DNA of 63,625 nt, counting the filler. It is 9 parts of 9 records of this genome, joined end to end, with 100 filler letters (N's around TTAATTAATTAA, not from the genome) between each part and the next. Parts side by side here need not be neighbours in the genome. Positions count along the whole stretch, not along the records: positions 5,509 to 10,973 come from SRR31147125_54187; positions 11,074 to 24,507 come from SRR31147125_54228; 7 more parts are not named here. One strand, 5' to 3'. Under the pieces are notes generated by a model, which saw nothing but the letters and a program-made list of their open reading frames with translations, searched no databases and had not been told where the DNA came from. Every line of letters starts with the position of its first letter. The first letter of the stretch is position 1. This document shows, piece after piece, positions 9,612 to 20,495 of this stretch. The position numbers and the translations under genes were made by a program.

Positions 9612-10904
9612 TTACTTTTCCGCCAGTTTTTTGAATGACCATTCAGTCATTTCAGCCAGCATTTTCAGGTCTTCCGAACGATGCGCCGAAGAGATGAAGG
9701 CGACCTCGAACTGCGACGGTGCCAGATAGATTCCCTTCGACAACATATTCCGATAATGAGCACCATATCGCTCCGTATCGCATGACATCGCAGAATCGAA
9801 ATCGACGACATCCTGATCGGTGAAGAAACAGGTCATGAGCGACCCGATATGATTGAGGCGCACGTCGATGCCCGCCCGTTCCCCGATCTCCTGCAACTCT
9901 GCCGCGCACCCATCTGCCTTGGCATTGAGTTCAGAATAGAAGCCCGGTTTCTGCAGCTGTTTCAGCGTGGCGATGCCGGCTGCCATGGCCAGCGGGTTGC
10001 CGGACAGGGTGCCCGCCTGATAGACCGGGCCATCCGGTGCGATCTGGTCCATGATCTCCCGTTTCCCCCCGTACGCCCCGACCGGCAGCCCCCCGCCGAT
10101 GATCTTGCCGAGACAGGTCAGGTCCGGGGTGATTGAGAAATGCTCCTGAGCGCCCCCGTATGCAAGCCTGAAACCGGTAATCACCTCATCGAAGATCAGC
10201 ACGATACCCAGTTCAGCAGTCAGCGAACGAACCCGTTCGAGAAATGCCCGATCCGGCACGACGCACCCCATATTGCCGGCCACCGGTTCCAGGATCACAC
10301 AGGCGATATCGAGCGAATCATCGCGCAGGGTATGCTCGAGAACCTCGACATCGTTGTAAGGAATCGAAATCGTGTTTTTTACAATATCTTCAGGTACGCC
10401 AGGGCTACCGGGGATGCCGAGTGTCGCAACCCCAGAACCTGCCTTGACGAGAAACGAGTCGGCGTGTCCGTGGTAGCAGCCGTTGAATTTAACGACGACA
10501 TTTCTACCGGTATATCCCCTGGCGAGCCTGACGGCACTCATCGTCGCCTCGGTGCCGGAATTGACGAACCGCACCTTCTCTATGGACGGTACTGCCTCGA
10601 CGACCATGTCGGCCAAACTGACCTCTGCCGGCGTCGGTGCCCCGAAACTGGTACCGCCTTCCACCGTCTGCCTGACCGCTGCAACGATATCGGGGTTGGC
10701 GTGACCGCAAATCATAGGCCCCCACGAACAGACAAAATCGATATAGTCATTGCCGTCCACATCGGTAACCGTGACACCGCCGGCACGTTCGATAAACAAC
10801 GGGTCGCAGCCCACCGATCGGCAGGCTCTGACCGGGCTGTTTACCCCACCGGGAATAACGCTCCTGGCGTTCTCAAACAACTGCACGGACTGTTCTGTTT
10901 TCAT
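9612..10904 (-). CDS. hemL: Glutamate-1-semialdehyde 2,1-aminomutase
   Basis: PGGVNSPVRA, NSGTEATMSA, GCYHGH, FDEVITGFR, LGKIIGGGLPVGAYGG, PSQFE. Confidence 0.97.
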   Translation of the reverse strand: MKTEQSVQLFENARSVIPGGVNSPVRACRSVGCDPLFIERAGGVTVTDVDGNDYIDFVCSWGPMICGHANPDIVAAVRQTVEGGTSFGAPTPAEVSLADMVVEAVPSIEKVRFVNSGTEATMSAVRLARGYTGRNVVVKFNGCYHGHADSFLVKAGSGVATLGIPGSPGVPEDIVKNTISIPYNDVEVLEHTLRDDSLDIACVILEPVAGNMGCVVPDRAFLERVRSLTAELGIVLIFDEVITGFRLAYGGAQEHFSITPDLTCLGKIIGGGLPVGAYGGKREIMDQIAPDGPVYQAGTLSGNPLAMAAGIATLKQLQKPGFYSELNAKADGCAAELQEIGERAGIDVRLNHIGSLMTCFFTDQDVVDFDSAMSCDTERYGAHYRNMLSKGIYLAPSQFEVAFISSAHRSEDLKMLAEMTEWSFKKLAEK

Positions 10905-10926
10905 CCTGTCATCTCCACTGAAATAG

Positions 10927-10957
10927 CCTGCCGGAATCGAGTATGAATTCCGGCAGG
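10927..10957. terminator. Stem-loop upstream of hemL (likely terminator of the preceding gene)
   Basis: CCTGCCGGAAT/ATTCCGGCAGG perfect 11-bp stem. Confidence 0.5.
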
Positions 10958-10973
10958 AGATGATTTTCAAATA

Positions 10974-11073
10974 NNNNNNNNNNNNNNNNNNNNNNNNNNN
11001 NNNNNNNNNNNNNNNNNTTAATTAATTAANNNNNNNNNNNNNNNNNNNNNNNNNNNNNNNNNNNNNNNNNNNN
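10974..11073. other. Artificial contig linker
   Basis: N-run + TTAATTAATTAA + N-run. Confidence 0.98.
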
Positions 11074-11075
11074 TT

Positions 11076-11846
11076 TGTTTTTTATACACAGGGCTGTTCA
11101 ATAAAAGACTGGTGATAGACTGCCATAATGCTTATTTCGATAATTTCTGGCCCAGGCTGCCGGGTTTCAGGTGGTTGCTGGAAAAGGGTGATATTGTACT
11201 GGGCCACAACGAGGAATATGTCGATCATCTCAAAGAGATTTTTACTCGAGCGACTTTTTTTGCACTTGAAGACAGACTTTTGGACGATACTTACCTAAGT
11301 TTTCCAAATAAATCATTGGAAACAAACCTGCCCTATATATTGGTGGTGGTCTCTTTCAGCCATGATGAGCCTGTTGAGGAAATTCTTTTGGCCGCTGGGC
11401 AATTTTTGAAAAAAAATCCAGGTATATCCTTTAAAGTCACTGGAAATTATAAAAAAAACATCGATCTGTTCACACGATTTTCAACCACTAGAGGCATTGA
11501 GTTCCTGGGATATGTAGATGACCCGGTATATTTTGAATATCTGAAAAATGCCAGGGCTGCCATAACCCTTTCCCGACGAGACATGATCCAGCAATGTGCT
11601 TCTGTTGAAGCCCTGAGCTTTGAAATTCCTGTCATCCTTCAAAAGAGCAGGACAAACAAGAGGCTGTTCGGCGATGCAGCGGTATATACGGATATCCAAA
11701 GTGACAACATTCTTGAGGCCTATCATGAAATTCTATGTAAAAGAGATGTCTACCGGCAAAAAATCATAGATCAAAAACAGAACTGGCATGGGATGTGGGC
11801 CAATAAGGTTTCAATTTTAAGACAAAGGATAATGGCCGATGAATAA
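11076..11846 (+). CDS. Glycosyltransferase, GT-B/GT4-like (5' truncated)
   Basis: VIDCHN, SFSHDEP, FLGYV, C.SVEALSFEIPVI. Lies in an EPS locus. Confidence 0.75.
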   Translation, partial: CFLYTGLFNKRLVIDCHNAYFDNFWPRLPGFRWLLEKGDIVLGHNEEYVDHLKEIFTRATFFALEDRLLDDTYLSFPNKSLETNLPYILVVVSFSHDEPVEEILLAAGQFLKKNPGISFKVTGNYKKNIDLFTRFSTTRGIEFLGYVDDPVYFEYLKNARAAITLSRRDMIQQCASVEALSFEIPVILQKSRTNKRLFGDAAVYTDIQSDNILEAYHEILCKRDVYRQKIIDQKQNWHGMWANKVSILRQRIMADE

Positions 11847-12273
11847 GCCTCTAATGACCAGAGTTAGAGAACATGTACGCGACCTTGCCGTGTTCCTGCG
11901 CTTTTTGTACTTGAAATCCGTTTTTAAAATTGATCTTGATAAAACAGCAAAAATCTCATTTTTCGCCAAGCTGGACAAAACACATCCCCGAGGCATTCAT
12001 GTGGCAAGGTACGCCTATATTTCAAGCGGTTCCTGCATTATGTCTCATGATTATACCAGAAGCAAATATTTGGATACGCGCATCGGTGAATTTTGCTTTA
12101 TTGGATACGGCGCTATTATTATGCCAGGGATAAGTATAGGAAATAATTCAATTGTAGCAGCAGGGGCTGTTGTAACTAAAGATGTCTTTCCGAACACCAT
12201 CGTGGCAGGCAATCCTGCCCGGGAAATTCGAAGGGATATTAAAACAATTAAATTTGGGAAGCTAGTAAAATGA
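11839..12273 (+). CDS. Hexapeptide-repeat O-acyltransferase
   Basis: IGEFCFIGYGAIIMPGISIGNNSIVAAGAVVTKDV...VAGNPAR. Confidence 0.9.
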   Translation: MNKPLMTRVREHVRDLAVFLRFLYLKSVFKIDLDKTAKISFFAKLDKTHPRGIHVARYAYISSGSCIMSHDYTRSKYLDTRIGEFCFIGYGAIIMPGISIGNNSIVAAGAVVTKDVFPNTIVAGNPAREIRRDIKTIKFGKLVK

Positions 12274-13019
12274 ATACAGCAGATATGAAACGATACCCCA
12301 TCCTAAATATATGGGTTGATGACTGCGACATGGACCGGGCAATGGACCGGGTGGTCGACTTTGTGGAGAAAGGCCAAAGGCTTCATACAATTTTTGCCGC
12401 AAACCCTGAAAAAAATTTTTCCGTACCCAGGGATCCTTTTTTATACAAGATGTTCAAAGAGGCTGATCTTCTGATCCCTGACGGGATCGGCATGGTATTG
12501 GCGGCCAACTGGTTGCATCAGCTTTCGGTCAGGCGGGTGCCCGGGTGTGAACTCATGCAGAATATCTGCGGCCTGGCTGCCGACAAAGGCTATAGAATAT
12601 TCATTTACGGGGCCAAAGAAGAGGTAAACAAGGCGGCCGTGGATGAGCTTTTGGACAGGCACCCCCTCCTGAACATTGTGGGGCGCCAGAATGGATATCT
12701 GGACCAAGCGCATATGGACGATCTCATAGACAGGATCAACGATTCCCGGGCCCAAATTCTTTTCTTGGCCCTGGGCTCTCCCAGGCAGGAACTCTGGATC
12801 TCAACCCACCGTGACCGCCTAAATCATGTAAAGGTCTGCCAGGGTATCGGGGGGACCCTGGATGTGATTGCCGGTACCGTGAAAAGGGCCCCTGCCATGT
12901 ATTGCAGACTGGGTATGGAATGGTTTTACAGACTCCTTGCAGAACCCGGCAGAATCAGACGGCAGATCAAATTACCTTTGTTCGCGGCCCAGGTCGCCCT
13001 GAAAAAGGCCATACAATAA
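12270..13019 (+). CDS. WecB/TagA/CpsF family glycosyltransferase
   Basis: ANPE, PDGIG, RVPGCEL, ALGSPRQE, GIGGTLD, RAP, EWFYRL..EP.R. Confidence 0.93.
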   Translation: MNTADMKRYPILNIWVDDCDMDRAMDRVVDFVEKGQRLHTIFAANPEKNFSVPRDPFLYKMFKEADLLIPDGIGMVLAANWLHQLSVRRVPGCELMQNICGLAADKGYRIFIYGAKEEVNKAAVDELLDRHPLLNIVGRQNGYLDQAHMDDLIDRINDSRAQILFLALGSPRQELWISTHRDRLNHVKVCQGIGGTLDVIAGTVKRAPAMYCRLGMEWFYRLLAEPGRIRRQIKLPLFAAQVALKKAIQ

Positions 13020-14559
13020 TGGACAATGCACTGGAACACAAAGGGGTAGGAAGAGAAGGGATGCTTAAATTTTCTATCCTGGCCCTTTTGATATCAGGGA
13101 TCTATTTTTCAACCTTTGAGTGGCTGGTGACAATGGACTGGGCCAGGGATGATTACTCCCATGGCATGCTTATGCCCTTTATTGTCCTTTACCTGCTCTG
13201 GGAGAAGAAAAATCAATTTTTTACGGCCCCGGGCAGGTCAAGCTGGCTGGGCTTTGTCCTTCTGGTTCCGGGGCTCTGCCTCTTCTGGCTGGGGGAACTT
13301 GCCGGGGAGTATTTTTCACTTTATCTTTCCTGCTGGTTGGTGGTGACCGGACTGTGTTGGATTCACATGGGCATGGACCGGATTAAAATCATCTGTTTTC
13401 CTTTGTTCATGGCCCTTGCCATGTTTCCGCTGCCCAGCTATTTGAATGTAAAGCTGACCTTCCAGCTTCGGTTGCTGTCTTCAAAACTGGCTGTCCTGAT
13501 GATGCAGATATACGGCATGAGTGTTTTCAGGCAGGGAAATGTTATTGATCTGGGGTTTAGCAAGCTTCAGGTGGTGGATGCCTGCTCCGGGCTCAGATAC
13601 CTGTTTCCCATGCTGATTTTAAGTATCCTTATGGCCTATTTTTATAAAGCCGGAATATTGAAAAAACTTTTCATTGTATTTTCTTCTATTCCCCTGACCA
13701 TCATAACCAATGCAATGCGGATTGCCCTCACCGGTATATTATCGGAAAAATTCGGCTCAAAAGCGGTTGAAGGGTTTTTCCATGATTTTGAGGGGTGGCT
13801 GATCTTCATGATCACTTTGGGTGTGCTCATGGCAGAGATTAAACTCCTTGATCGGGTATTTAAAACGCGCCCGGAAAAAAAGGGACCAAGGAAAAATACG
13901 GAGAGAATCACCCCCCGTCCCTGAAAACCCCTCATTTTTTCGCCTCCCTTGCCCTGCTCGGGCTGACCCTTGTTCTCTCCCAGGGGATTGATTTTAAAGA
14001 GGCGGTTCCCATGTCCAGGCCCTTTAATCAATTTCCCTTACAGGTCGGGGCATGGCAGGGCAAAAGCCAGGTCATGGAGGCAAAGTTTGTTGATGTACTT
14101 GACTTCAGCGATTATGTGATGGTGGATTATCTCGACAAGGCCGGCAAAAATATAAATTTTTACGTTGCCTATTATGAAAGCCAGAAAAAAGGGGAGTCCA
14201 TCCATAGTCCGGCCACCTGCCTGAGAGGCGGCGGCTGGAAATTCAAAGAATCGGGTAAATTGTCATTTTCACTGTCTGACGGATCCTCTCTATCCGTTAG
14301 ACGGGCTGTTATTGAAAACGGCAGGGCAAGGCAATTGTCCTACTATTGGTTTCCATCCCGGGGACGGGATCTGACCAATGTCATTGAAATGAAAATATTT
14401 AACTTCTGGGATGCCCTGACCCGCCAGAGGACCGACGGGGCATTGGTCCGTTTGATCGCCTATCAATACCCGGATGAAACCATTGAGGCAACCGAGCAGC
14501 GGCTTCAGTCCTTTGTCCGGACCATCATACCTGAACTTCGAACCTTCCTGCCCCAATAA
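13019..14559 (+). CDS. Exosortase (XrtD-like) fused to an EpsI domain, split by a frameshift around 13875-13916
   Basis: DYSHG, VVDACSGLRY (Cys), NAMRI (Arg), FFHDF (His). The alternative frame SLKTPHFFASLALLG... runs into the EpsI ORF (IHSPATCL, RTDGALVRL). Confidence 0.85.
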
Positions 14560-14582
14560 CAAAATAAAAAAACGATTTGATC

Positions 14583-16222
14583 ATGCAACTTTTTACAGTG
14601 TTTGTCCTTTCATTGTTTTTAACCATTGCACTTGTACCATTGTTCAAACGCATGGCCTTTAGGATGAAGATCGTTGACATTCCCGATGCCCGGAAAGTCC
14701 ATGTTCATCCCATGCCCAAAACCGGCGGGATCTCAATGGCCTTAGGGGTGTTTATTTCCCTGATTCTCTGGGTACCTAAAACCGATCTGATCAGTTCGCT
14801 GTTCATCGGATCCATGGTGTTGGTGATTTTCGGGCTGATGGATGATATCCGGCCCCTGGAAGCCTGGCAAAAGCTTGTGCCCCAGATTGCAGCGGCTTTG
14901 ATCGTCATTGTCTGGGGGGTGAAGATCCGGTATATCGGGTTGATCGGCCATATGGATTGTGCCCTGCCGGATATTGTTTCTCTGCCTCTGACGCTGATTG
15001 TCATTGTTGGCGTGACCAATGCCGTGAACCTGTCCGACGGATTGGACGGTCTTGCCGGCGGGATTTCCATGCTCAGTTTCATTGTCATGTCCATTTTGGC
15101 CTTTCAATGCGGCAATCTTACCCTGGCTCTGGTCTCCATTGCCGTTGTGGGAGGCATCGCCGGATTTTTAAGATTTAACACCCATCCGGCAGTGGTCTTT
15201 ATGGGGGATGCCGGCAGTCAGTTGCTGGGATTTCTTGCCGTGGTCATTGCCCTTGTCTTGACCCAGGGGGATGCCCCTTATTCCCGGGTGATGTCCCTGA
15301 CCCTTATCGGATTTCCAATTCTCGACACCCTGGTGGTGATGACAGAGCGGATGGCCAAGGGGCATCATCCATTTAAGCCGGATAAAAACCATTTTCATCA
15401 CAGGCTCATGAGAATCGGATTGACCCATGCCGAGTCCGTGACAAGCATTTACCTTCTGCAAAGCTGTTTTATCTGTCTGGCCTTTATATTCCGATATTAT
15501 TCCAGCTGGATCCATATTCTGGTTTTTGGGGGGGCCTCCATCTCGGTTCTGGGATTTTTTTTCTTATCCATAAAACAGGCTGGCAATTTATCCGGGATCC
15601 CAACGGCTCCTCCTTGCTGCGGCGATGGGTGAGGGCTTTAAAACAGCACCATATAATTATCCGTATCTGTTTTTTTGGGGCCCGATACGGCCTGCTCATT
15701 TTGCTGGTGGCCCAATGTTTTATCCCCCAGTCATTTCCCCCTGCCGTATCCCTTGCCGCCCTGGTGGGCATTGCCCTGATCTTGACCGGAATATGGGTAT
15801 TTGAAACTGCCTATCATGGCATTTTATTGAGAATCCTGGCCTGCCTGATAATTCCAATCCTTATTTATTACGGTGAACTGGCCCCGGCCGGGTGGATGAC
15901 TGAGGGGTTAAGGACCCTGGATCTGGCCGGATTTATCGCATTGCTTATTTTTGTGCTGCTGACCATTCGCCTGACGCGACGCACCAAGGGGTTTAAAGTG
16001 ACCACCATGGATGTGCTGGTATTTATTATCATCCTGGTCATTCCCAATCTGCCCACCACCCATTGGCAATATTGGGGGACAGGCAATGCCCTGGCAAAAG
16101 CCCTGGTCCTTTTTTTCTGCTTTGATGTGCTTATCGGAGAATTTCGAGGGGAATCAAAGTTTATCAAATGCATCTGCATATCCGTGTTAGCGGTGATCGC
16201 CCTTCGGGGAGTCATAGGATAA
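14583..16222 (+). CDS. Undecaprenyl-phosphate GlcNAc-1-phosphate transferase (WecA/MraY family) with C-terminal membrane extension; frameshift in T8 run at 15555-15562
   Basis: RKVH..P.P..GG, GLMDD, NAVNLSDGLDGLA, FMGDAGS, DKNHFHHRL. The frame continues as FLIHKTGWQF into ORF 15614-16222. Confidence 0.87.
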
Positions 16223-16268
16223 TTATAGATTTAAAACCATATAAAGTGATTCAAAAGGAGTTTTCCCC

Positions 16269-18662
16269 ATGAACAAACGCAAGACTCAATTTTTGGTTGT
16301 GCTGGGCCTGGCCTTTCTGCTCATCTTCGGGTGCGGCAGCCCGGCGGATAAAAAACAGGCCTTTTATAAAAAAGGCAAAGCGTTGATGGAAGACAAGGAT
16401 TATGTAAAGGCAAAGCTTGAGCTGAAAAATGCCGTTCAGATTGATCCGGAATTTGCAGATGCCTATTTTCTTCTGGGCAAAATTGCATTGGAGGAAAAGG
16501 ATTTTCAATCTGCCTTTAAAATGTTCCGCCAGACCGAGACCTTAGATCCTGCCAACCTGGAGGCTGTGGTGGCCATCGGTCGCATGCTTTTAGGGGCCAA
16601 GGCCTTTGACCGGGCCAAAGACAAGGCCCTTTACGTATTGGAAGAAGATCCCAAGCATGTTGAGGCAAGGCTGTTGCTGGCATCCATCCACCTGGCCGGT
16701 AAACAATTTCAGGAGGCAGACACCCTTTTGGCAGATATCAAAGCGGAAGGCCATACCCCGCCCCAGCTGTATATTATGATGGCCTACGCCTATAAACAAA
16801 AACAGGATATTGCCGGGGTGAAACAGATTCTAAAGGAAGGGGTCTCAAAGAATCCGGATAATATTTCCCTTTTAATCCGCCTGGCCCAGGTGACCACCAT
16901 GGAAAAGGACTATTCCCAAGCAGAAGGGTATATTCAAAAAATGATTTCCCTCAAGCCGGATGCCATTTCCCATAAACTGAACCTGGCAGGGCTCTACCTG
17001 GTACAAAAACAGATCCAAAAGGCCCAAGATTACCTGGATGAGGTGATTGCCCAATCCGACAATGAAGAGGCTGTTATTTTGTCCGTTGCCAAATTCTGGC
17101 TTAAGTCCCAGCTAAAAGACAAAACCATAGCCTTGCTTGAAAACGCCATGGCCCAAGAGCCGGAAAATTTTGAATACCGCTTTTTTCTCTCCCAGGTTTA
17201 CCTGAATGACAAGGCCATGGATAAGGCGGAAACTCTTTTAAGGGAGACCCTGACCTTGAATCCGGATCCCGGGCATCCGGGTATTGTTAAAACAAAGCTG
17301 GGTCTGTCAAAGGTTTTGGCGGCCAGGTCTGAACTGGAAGCGGCTGAAATCCTTGTAGACGAGGTGCTGGCCGAGGATCCCAGCAATCTGGATGCCCACG
17401 ACATGAAGGGCCGGTTTTATCTGAACAAAAAAGACGGGTTCAATGCCACCTCCGAATTCAGAATCATTGTTGAAGAGAACCCGGAAAATGTTCAGGCCTA
17501 TCTGAACCTTGCCCAGTCCCATATTCTGAACAAAGAAAAGGAACTGGCATTGGATGTTCTGGAAAAAGGCCATAAACAGGTGCCAAAATCAGAAAAGATT
17601 CTCATGGCCCTGGTCAGGTTCCAGATGGCGGATAAAAACGAGGCCGCCGGCCTGGATTATCTGAACAAGATCATTGAAATCAACCCTGAGAATATGACTG
17701 CCCGGGTGGTTTTGGGCGATTATTATGCCAGAAACAAGGCCTGGGACAAGGCCATTGCCAATTACAAGAGCGCCAAAAAATTCCAGGACAAAAATCCCAT
17801 CGGCCATATAAAACTCTCCTATCTTTATCTTAAGTTAAACCGAGATCAGGAGGCCTATTCCGAGTTGATCCAAGGCTACGAGCAATACCCGGATTCAGCG
17901 GTAATCCTCTCCCGACTGGCCCAGTATTTCCTGGATCATGATAAGGTGGACAATGCCATTGCCCTGTGTAACGCCCGTCTGGATAAAGCCCCGGACGAGT
18001 CGTTCACCTGGAACCTTCTGGGCGGGATTTATCTGTCCCAAAAAAAGTTTGACCTGTCCCAATCTGCCTTTGAAAAAGCCATTGAGATCACCCCTGACTG
18101 GACAAAGCCCTATGACAATCTGGCCAAGCTTTACCTGGTCCAGGGTAAAAAAGACCAGGCCGTTAAAAATCTGGAAACCATTCTTGAAAAAAATGATAAG
18201 ACCCGGTCGGCATGGCTGCTTCTGGGCAGCATTTACGAAAGAGATAAAAATTACCAAAAGGCAGCCACCGTATACAAGAGAGCCTTTGACGCCATTCCCA
18301 CCCTTTGGACGGCTGCCAATAACTATGCCTATATCAAAGCTGAATATCTCTCCTCTGAGGAAGATCTGGATGAGGCTTTGTCCTATGCTCAAAAAGCCAT
18401 GGACTTGAATAAAAAGGCCATGGCCGTCAGGGACACCCTGGGATGGATTGCTTACAAACAGGGTAACCTTGACCAGGCCTACCATGAGATCAAGACAGCT
18501 TTGGATGAGCAGCCTGAAAATCACATCTTAAACTACCACATGGGCATGATCCTGGAAAAACAGGGAAAGCACCTGGAAGCGGTTTCATATTTTGAAACGG
18601 CCCTGGCCCAGAACCAAGAGTTCTCCGGTGCAGACACCGCTATAAAATTGGTGAATGAATAA
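16269..18662 (+). CDS. TPR-repeat lipoprotein of exosortase/PEP-CTERM-type EPS systems (PrsT-like)
   Basis: Lipobox LIFGC, ELKNAVQIDP, many TPRs, NNYAY and DTLGW C-terminal motifs. Confidence 0.85.
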   Translation: MNKRKTQFLVVLGLAFLLIFGCGSPADKKQAFYKKGKALMEDKDYVKAKLELKNAVQIDPEFADAYFLLGKIALEEKDFQSAFKMFRQTETLDPANLEAVVAIGRMLLGAKAFDRAKDKALYVLEEDPKHVEARLLLASIHLAGKQFQEADTLLADIKAEGHTPPQLYIMMAYAYKQKQDIAGVKQILKEGVSKNPDNISLLIRLAQVTTMEKDYSQAEGYIQKMISLKPDAISHKLNLAGLYLVQKQIQKAQDYLDEVIAQSDNEEAVILSVAKFWLKSQLKDKTIALLENAMAQEPENFEYRFFLSQVYLNDKAMDKAETLLRETLTLNPDPGHPGIVKTKLGLSKVLAARSELEAAEILVDEVLAEDPSNLDAHDMKGRFYLNKKDGFNATSEFRIIVEENPENVQAYLNLAQSHILNKEKELALDVLEKGHKQVPKSEKILMALVRFQMADKNEAAGLDYLNKIIEINPENMTARVVLGDYYARNKAWDKAIANYKSAKKFQDKNPIGHIKLSYLYLKLNRDQEAYSELIQGYEQYPDSAVILSRLAQYFLDHDKVDNAIALCNARLDKAPDESFTWNLLGGIYLSQKKFDLSQSAFEKAIEITPDWTKPYDNLAKLYLVQGKKDQAVKNLETILEKNDKTRSAWLLLGSIYERDKNYQKAATVYKRAFDAIPTLWTAANNYAYIKAEYLSSEEDLDEALSYAQKAMDLNKKAMAVRDTLGWIAYKQGNLDQAYHEIKTALDEQPENHILNYHMGMILEKQGKHLEAVSYFETALAQNQEFSGADTAIKLVNE

Positions 18663-19240
18663 TGAAAGGATATCGCATAATGTCTAAGACTTGCGCCCTT
18701 GCAACAGGGGTGCTTCTCTGCCTTATTTTCATGGGGCCGGCCCTGGCTGCCCCCATGGAAACCTATAAAATCGGTGCCGGTGACCTGTTGAGCATCTCGG
18801 TGTGGAAAAACCAGGATTTGACCCGGGAGCTTGTGGTTCTTCCGGACGGCTCCATCTCATTTCCCCTGGTGGGGGAAATGACAGTGGAAGGGTTGTCCGT
18901 GGGAGAGTTAAAAGAAACCCTGGTTTTACAGCTTGAAAAATATATCTCAGATCCTGTGTTAAGTCTGTCTGTCAGGCAGGTCAACAGCATGATGATCTAT
19001 GTCATCGGCAAAGTCAACGGACCCGGTCGGTTCCTTGTCAATGACGATATCAACGTGCTTCAGGCCCTTGCCCTTGCCCGGGGCCTGAATGCCTTTGCCA
19101 AGGAAAAGCAGATCAAGGTGTTCAGAAAAACGTCCCAAGGCACCATCATTCACAAGTTTAATTATAAAGAGGTCGTCAAGGGCGAAAATATGGAACAGAA
19201 CATCGTTCTTGAGCGCGGGGATGTCATTGTTGTGCCGTAA
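18662..19240 (+). CDS. Polysaccharide export protein (Wza/Poly_export + SLBB)
   Basis: YKIGAGDLLSISVW, VLPDGSISFPLVG, VIGKVNGPG, L.RGDVIVVP. Confidence 0.92.
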   Translation: MKGYRIMSKTCALATGVLLCLIFMGPALAAPMETYKIGAGDLLSISVWKNQDLTRELVVLPDGSISFPLVGEMTVEGLSVGELKETLVLQLEKYISDPVLSLSVRQVNSMMIYVIGKVNGPGRFLVNDDINVLQALALARGLNAFAKEKQIKVFRKTSQGTIIHKFNYKEVVKGENMEQNIVLERGDVIVVP

Positions 19241-20486
19241 CCGCCGGGGGAGAATTCCTTTGCTTTTCATCGCCGGTCTGATGACCCTGGTATTTGCCGG
19301 GCCGGCCTTTTCAGGCCCAACGGAATTAACACCCTATGTCGCCCTTAAAGGCGTGGCCAATACCAATCTTTTTTTATCAGAATCCAGTGAAAGATCCGAT
19401 ACCATAAGCATTCTCACCGGGGGGATCCTGGCGCAAAAAAAGCTGGAGCGCCTGAATGCCAAACTGGATGCCTATGTCAAAAAAAGATTTTATCACACCT
19501 ATGAGGAACTCAACTGTCTTGATAAGTACCTGAGTGCAGACCTTGGATATACTGCCGGTGAACGGCTTTCTCTTTCCGGAGCCCTTGATCTCACCCATGC
19601 CGACTTAAGCAGCGCAGATGAGGTTGATGAGGAATCCGGCCTGCTGCTTTTGGGCAAGCAGCGGTCCTATGATCTGTCAATGTCGGCAGGTTTGGTGCTC
19701 ACGGAATTGAGCCGGGTGAATCTGAGCGTTGACCTCAGCTATGATGAACTTCGAAAAACCTCCGAGGATGAAGATTCAGACAGCGGCGAAATCACAATGG
19801 AATACACCCACAGCCTTTCCAAACTTTGGGAAAATTCCTACGGGTTTCTCAGATTGTACTATTTAGACTCAGGATCCCAGACCCAGGAGAGTTCAACCTA
19901 TGTTACCTATACCACTGACTATTGCTCGGATATCTGGCAGGCCTCGGTGGGCATATCCAAGGATTTGACCCAACTATGGGCCATGTCTTTGTACTATGGC
20001 CTGGGGTATACCCAGACTGAAACCACCTATATTTATGCCTATGACATCCTGGGCCTTACTTCTCAGTCCGTCTCAACCAGCGCCTCTGATTACTTGGGCA
20101 ATGTATTTCAGGGCAGTCTTAATTACAGCGGTTTATATTGGGATGCAGGTTTTTCCCTGGCCCAGACCCTGACGGCAGGCACCGGCACCAGCGGCACAGT
20201 TAAACAGACCTCGGCCTCAATTAATTTAACCCGGAGGATCACAGATCAATTCAGGTTGACGGTTGATACTGCAGCCTATCTGAACGAAAACAGCGACTCG
20301 TCCTCAGACACCAATAAACTGACATTCTGGTTCCGCCCCGGGTTTGTGTATGCCTTTGACAACGAGACCCGGATTCTCGGAGGATATCGATACTATAATA
20401 TTAATGACAGAAACAATGACACCACCAGTGAACAGAGCATGGTTTATCTGGAAATTCGAAAAAACTTTAAATTTGAGATTGATTAA
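19221..20486 (+). CDS. Outer-membrane beta-barrel protein of the EPS export locus
   Basis: Signal peptide, alternating amphipathic strands, position between wza and wzc. Confidence 0.7.
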   Translation: MSLLCRNRRGRIPLLFIAGLMTLVFAGPAFSGPTELTPYVALKGVANTNLFLSESSERSDTISILTGGILAQKKLERLNAKLDAYVKKRFYHTYEELNCLDKYLSADLGYTAGERLSLSGALDLTHADLSSADEVDEESGLLLLGKQRSYDLSMSAGLVLTELSRVNLSVDLSYDELRKTSEDEDSDSGEITMEYTHSLSKLWENSYGFLRLYYLDSGSQTQESSTYVTYTTDYCSDIWQASVGISKDLTQLWAMSLYYGLGYTQTETTYIYAYDILGLTSQSVSTSASDYLGNVFQGSLNYSGLYWDAGFSLAQTLTAGTGTSGTVKQTSASINLTRRITDQFRLTVDTAAYLNENSDSSSDTNKLTFWFRPGFVYAFDNETRILGGYRYYNINDRNNDTTSEQSMVYLEIRKNFKFEID

Positions 20487-20495
20487 GGGAATTCA

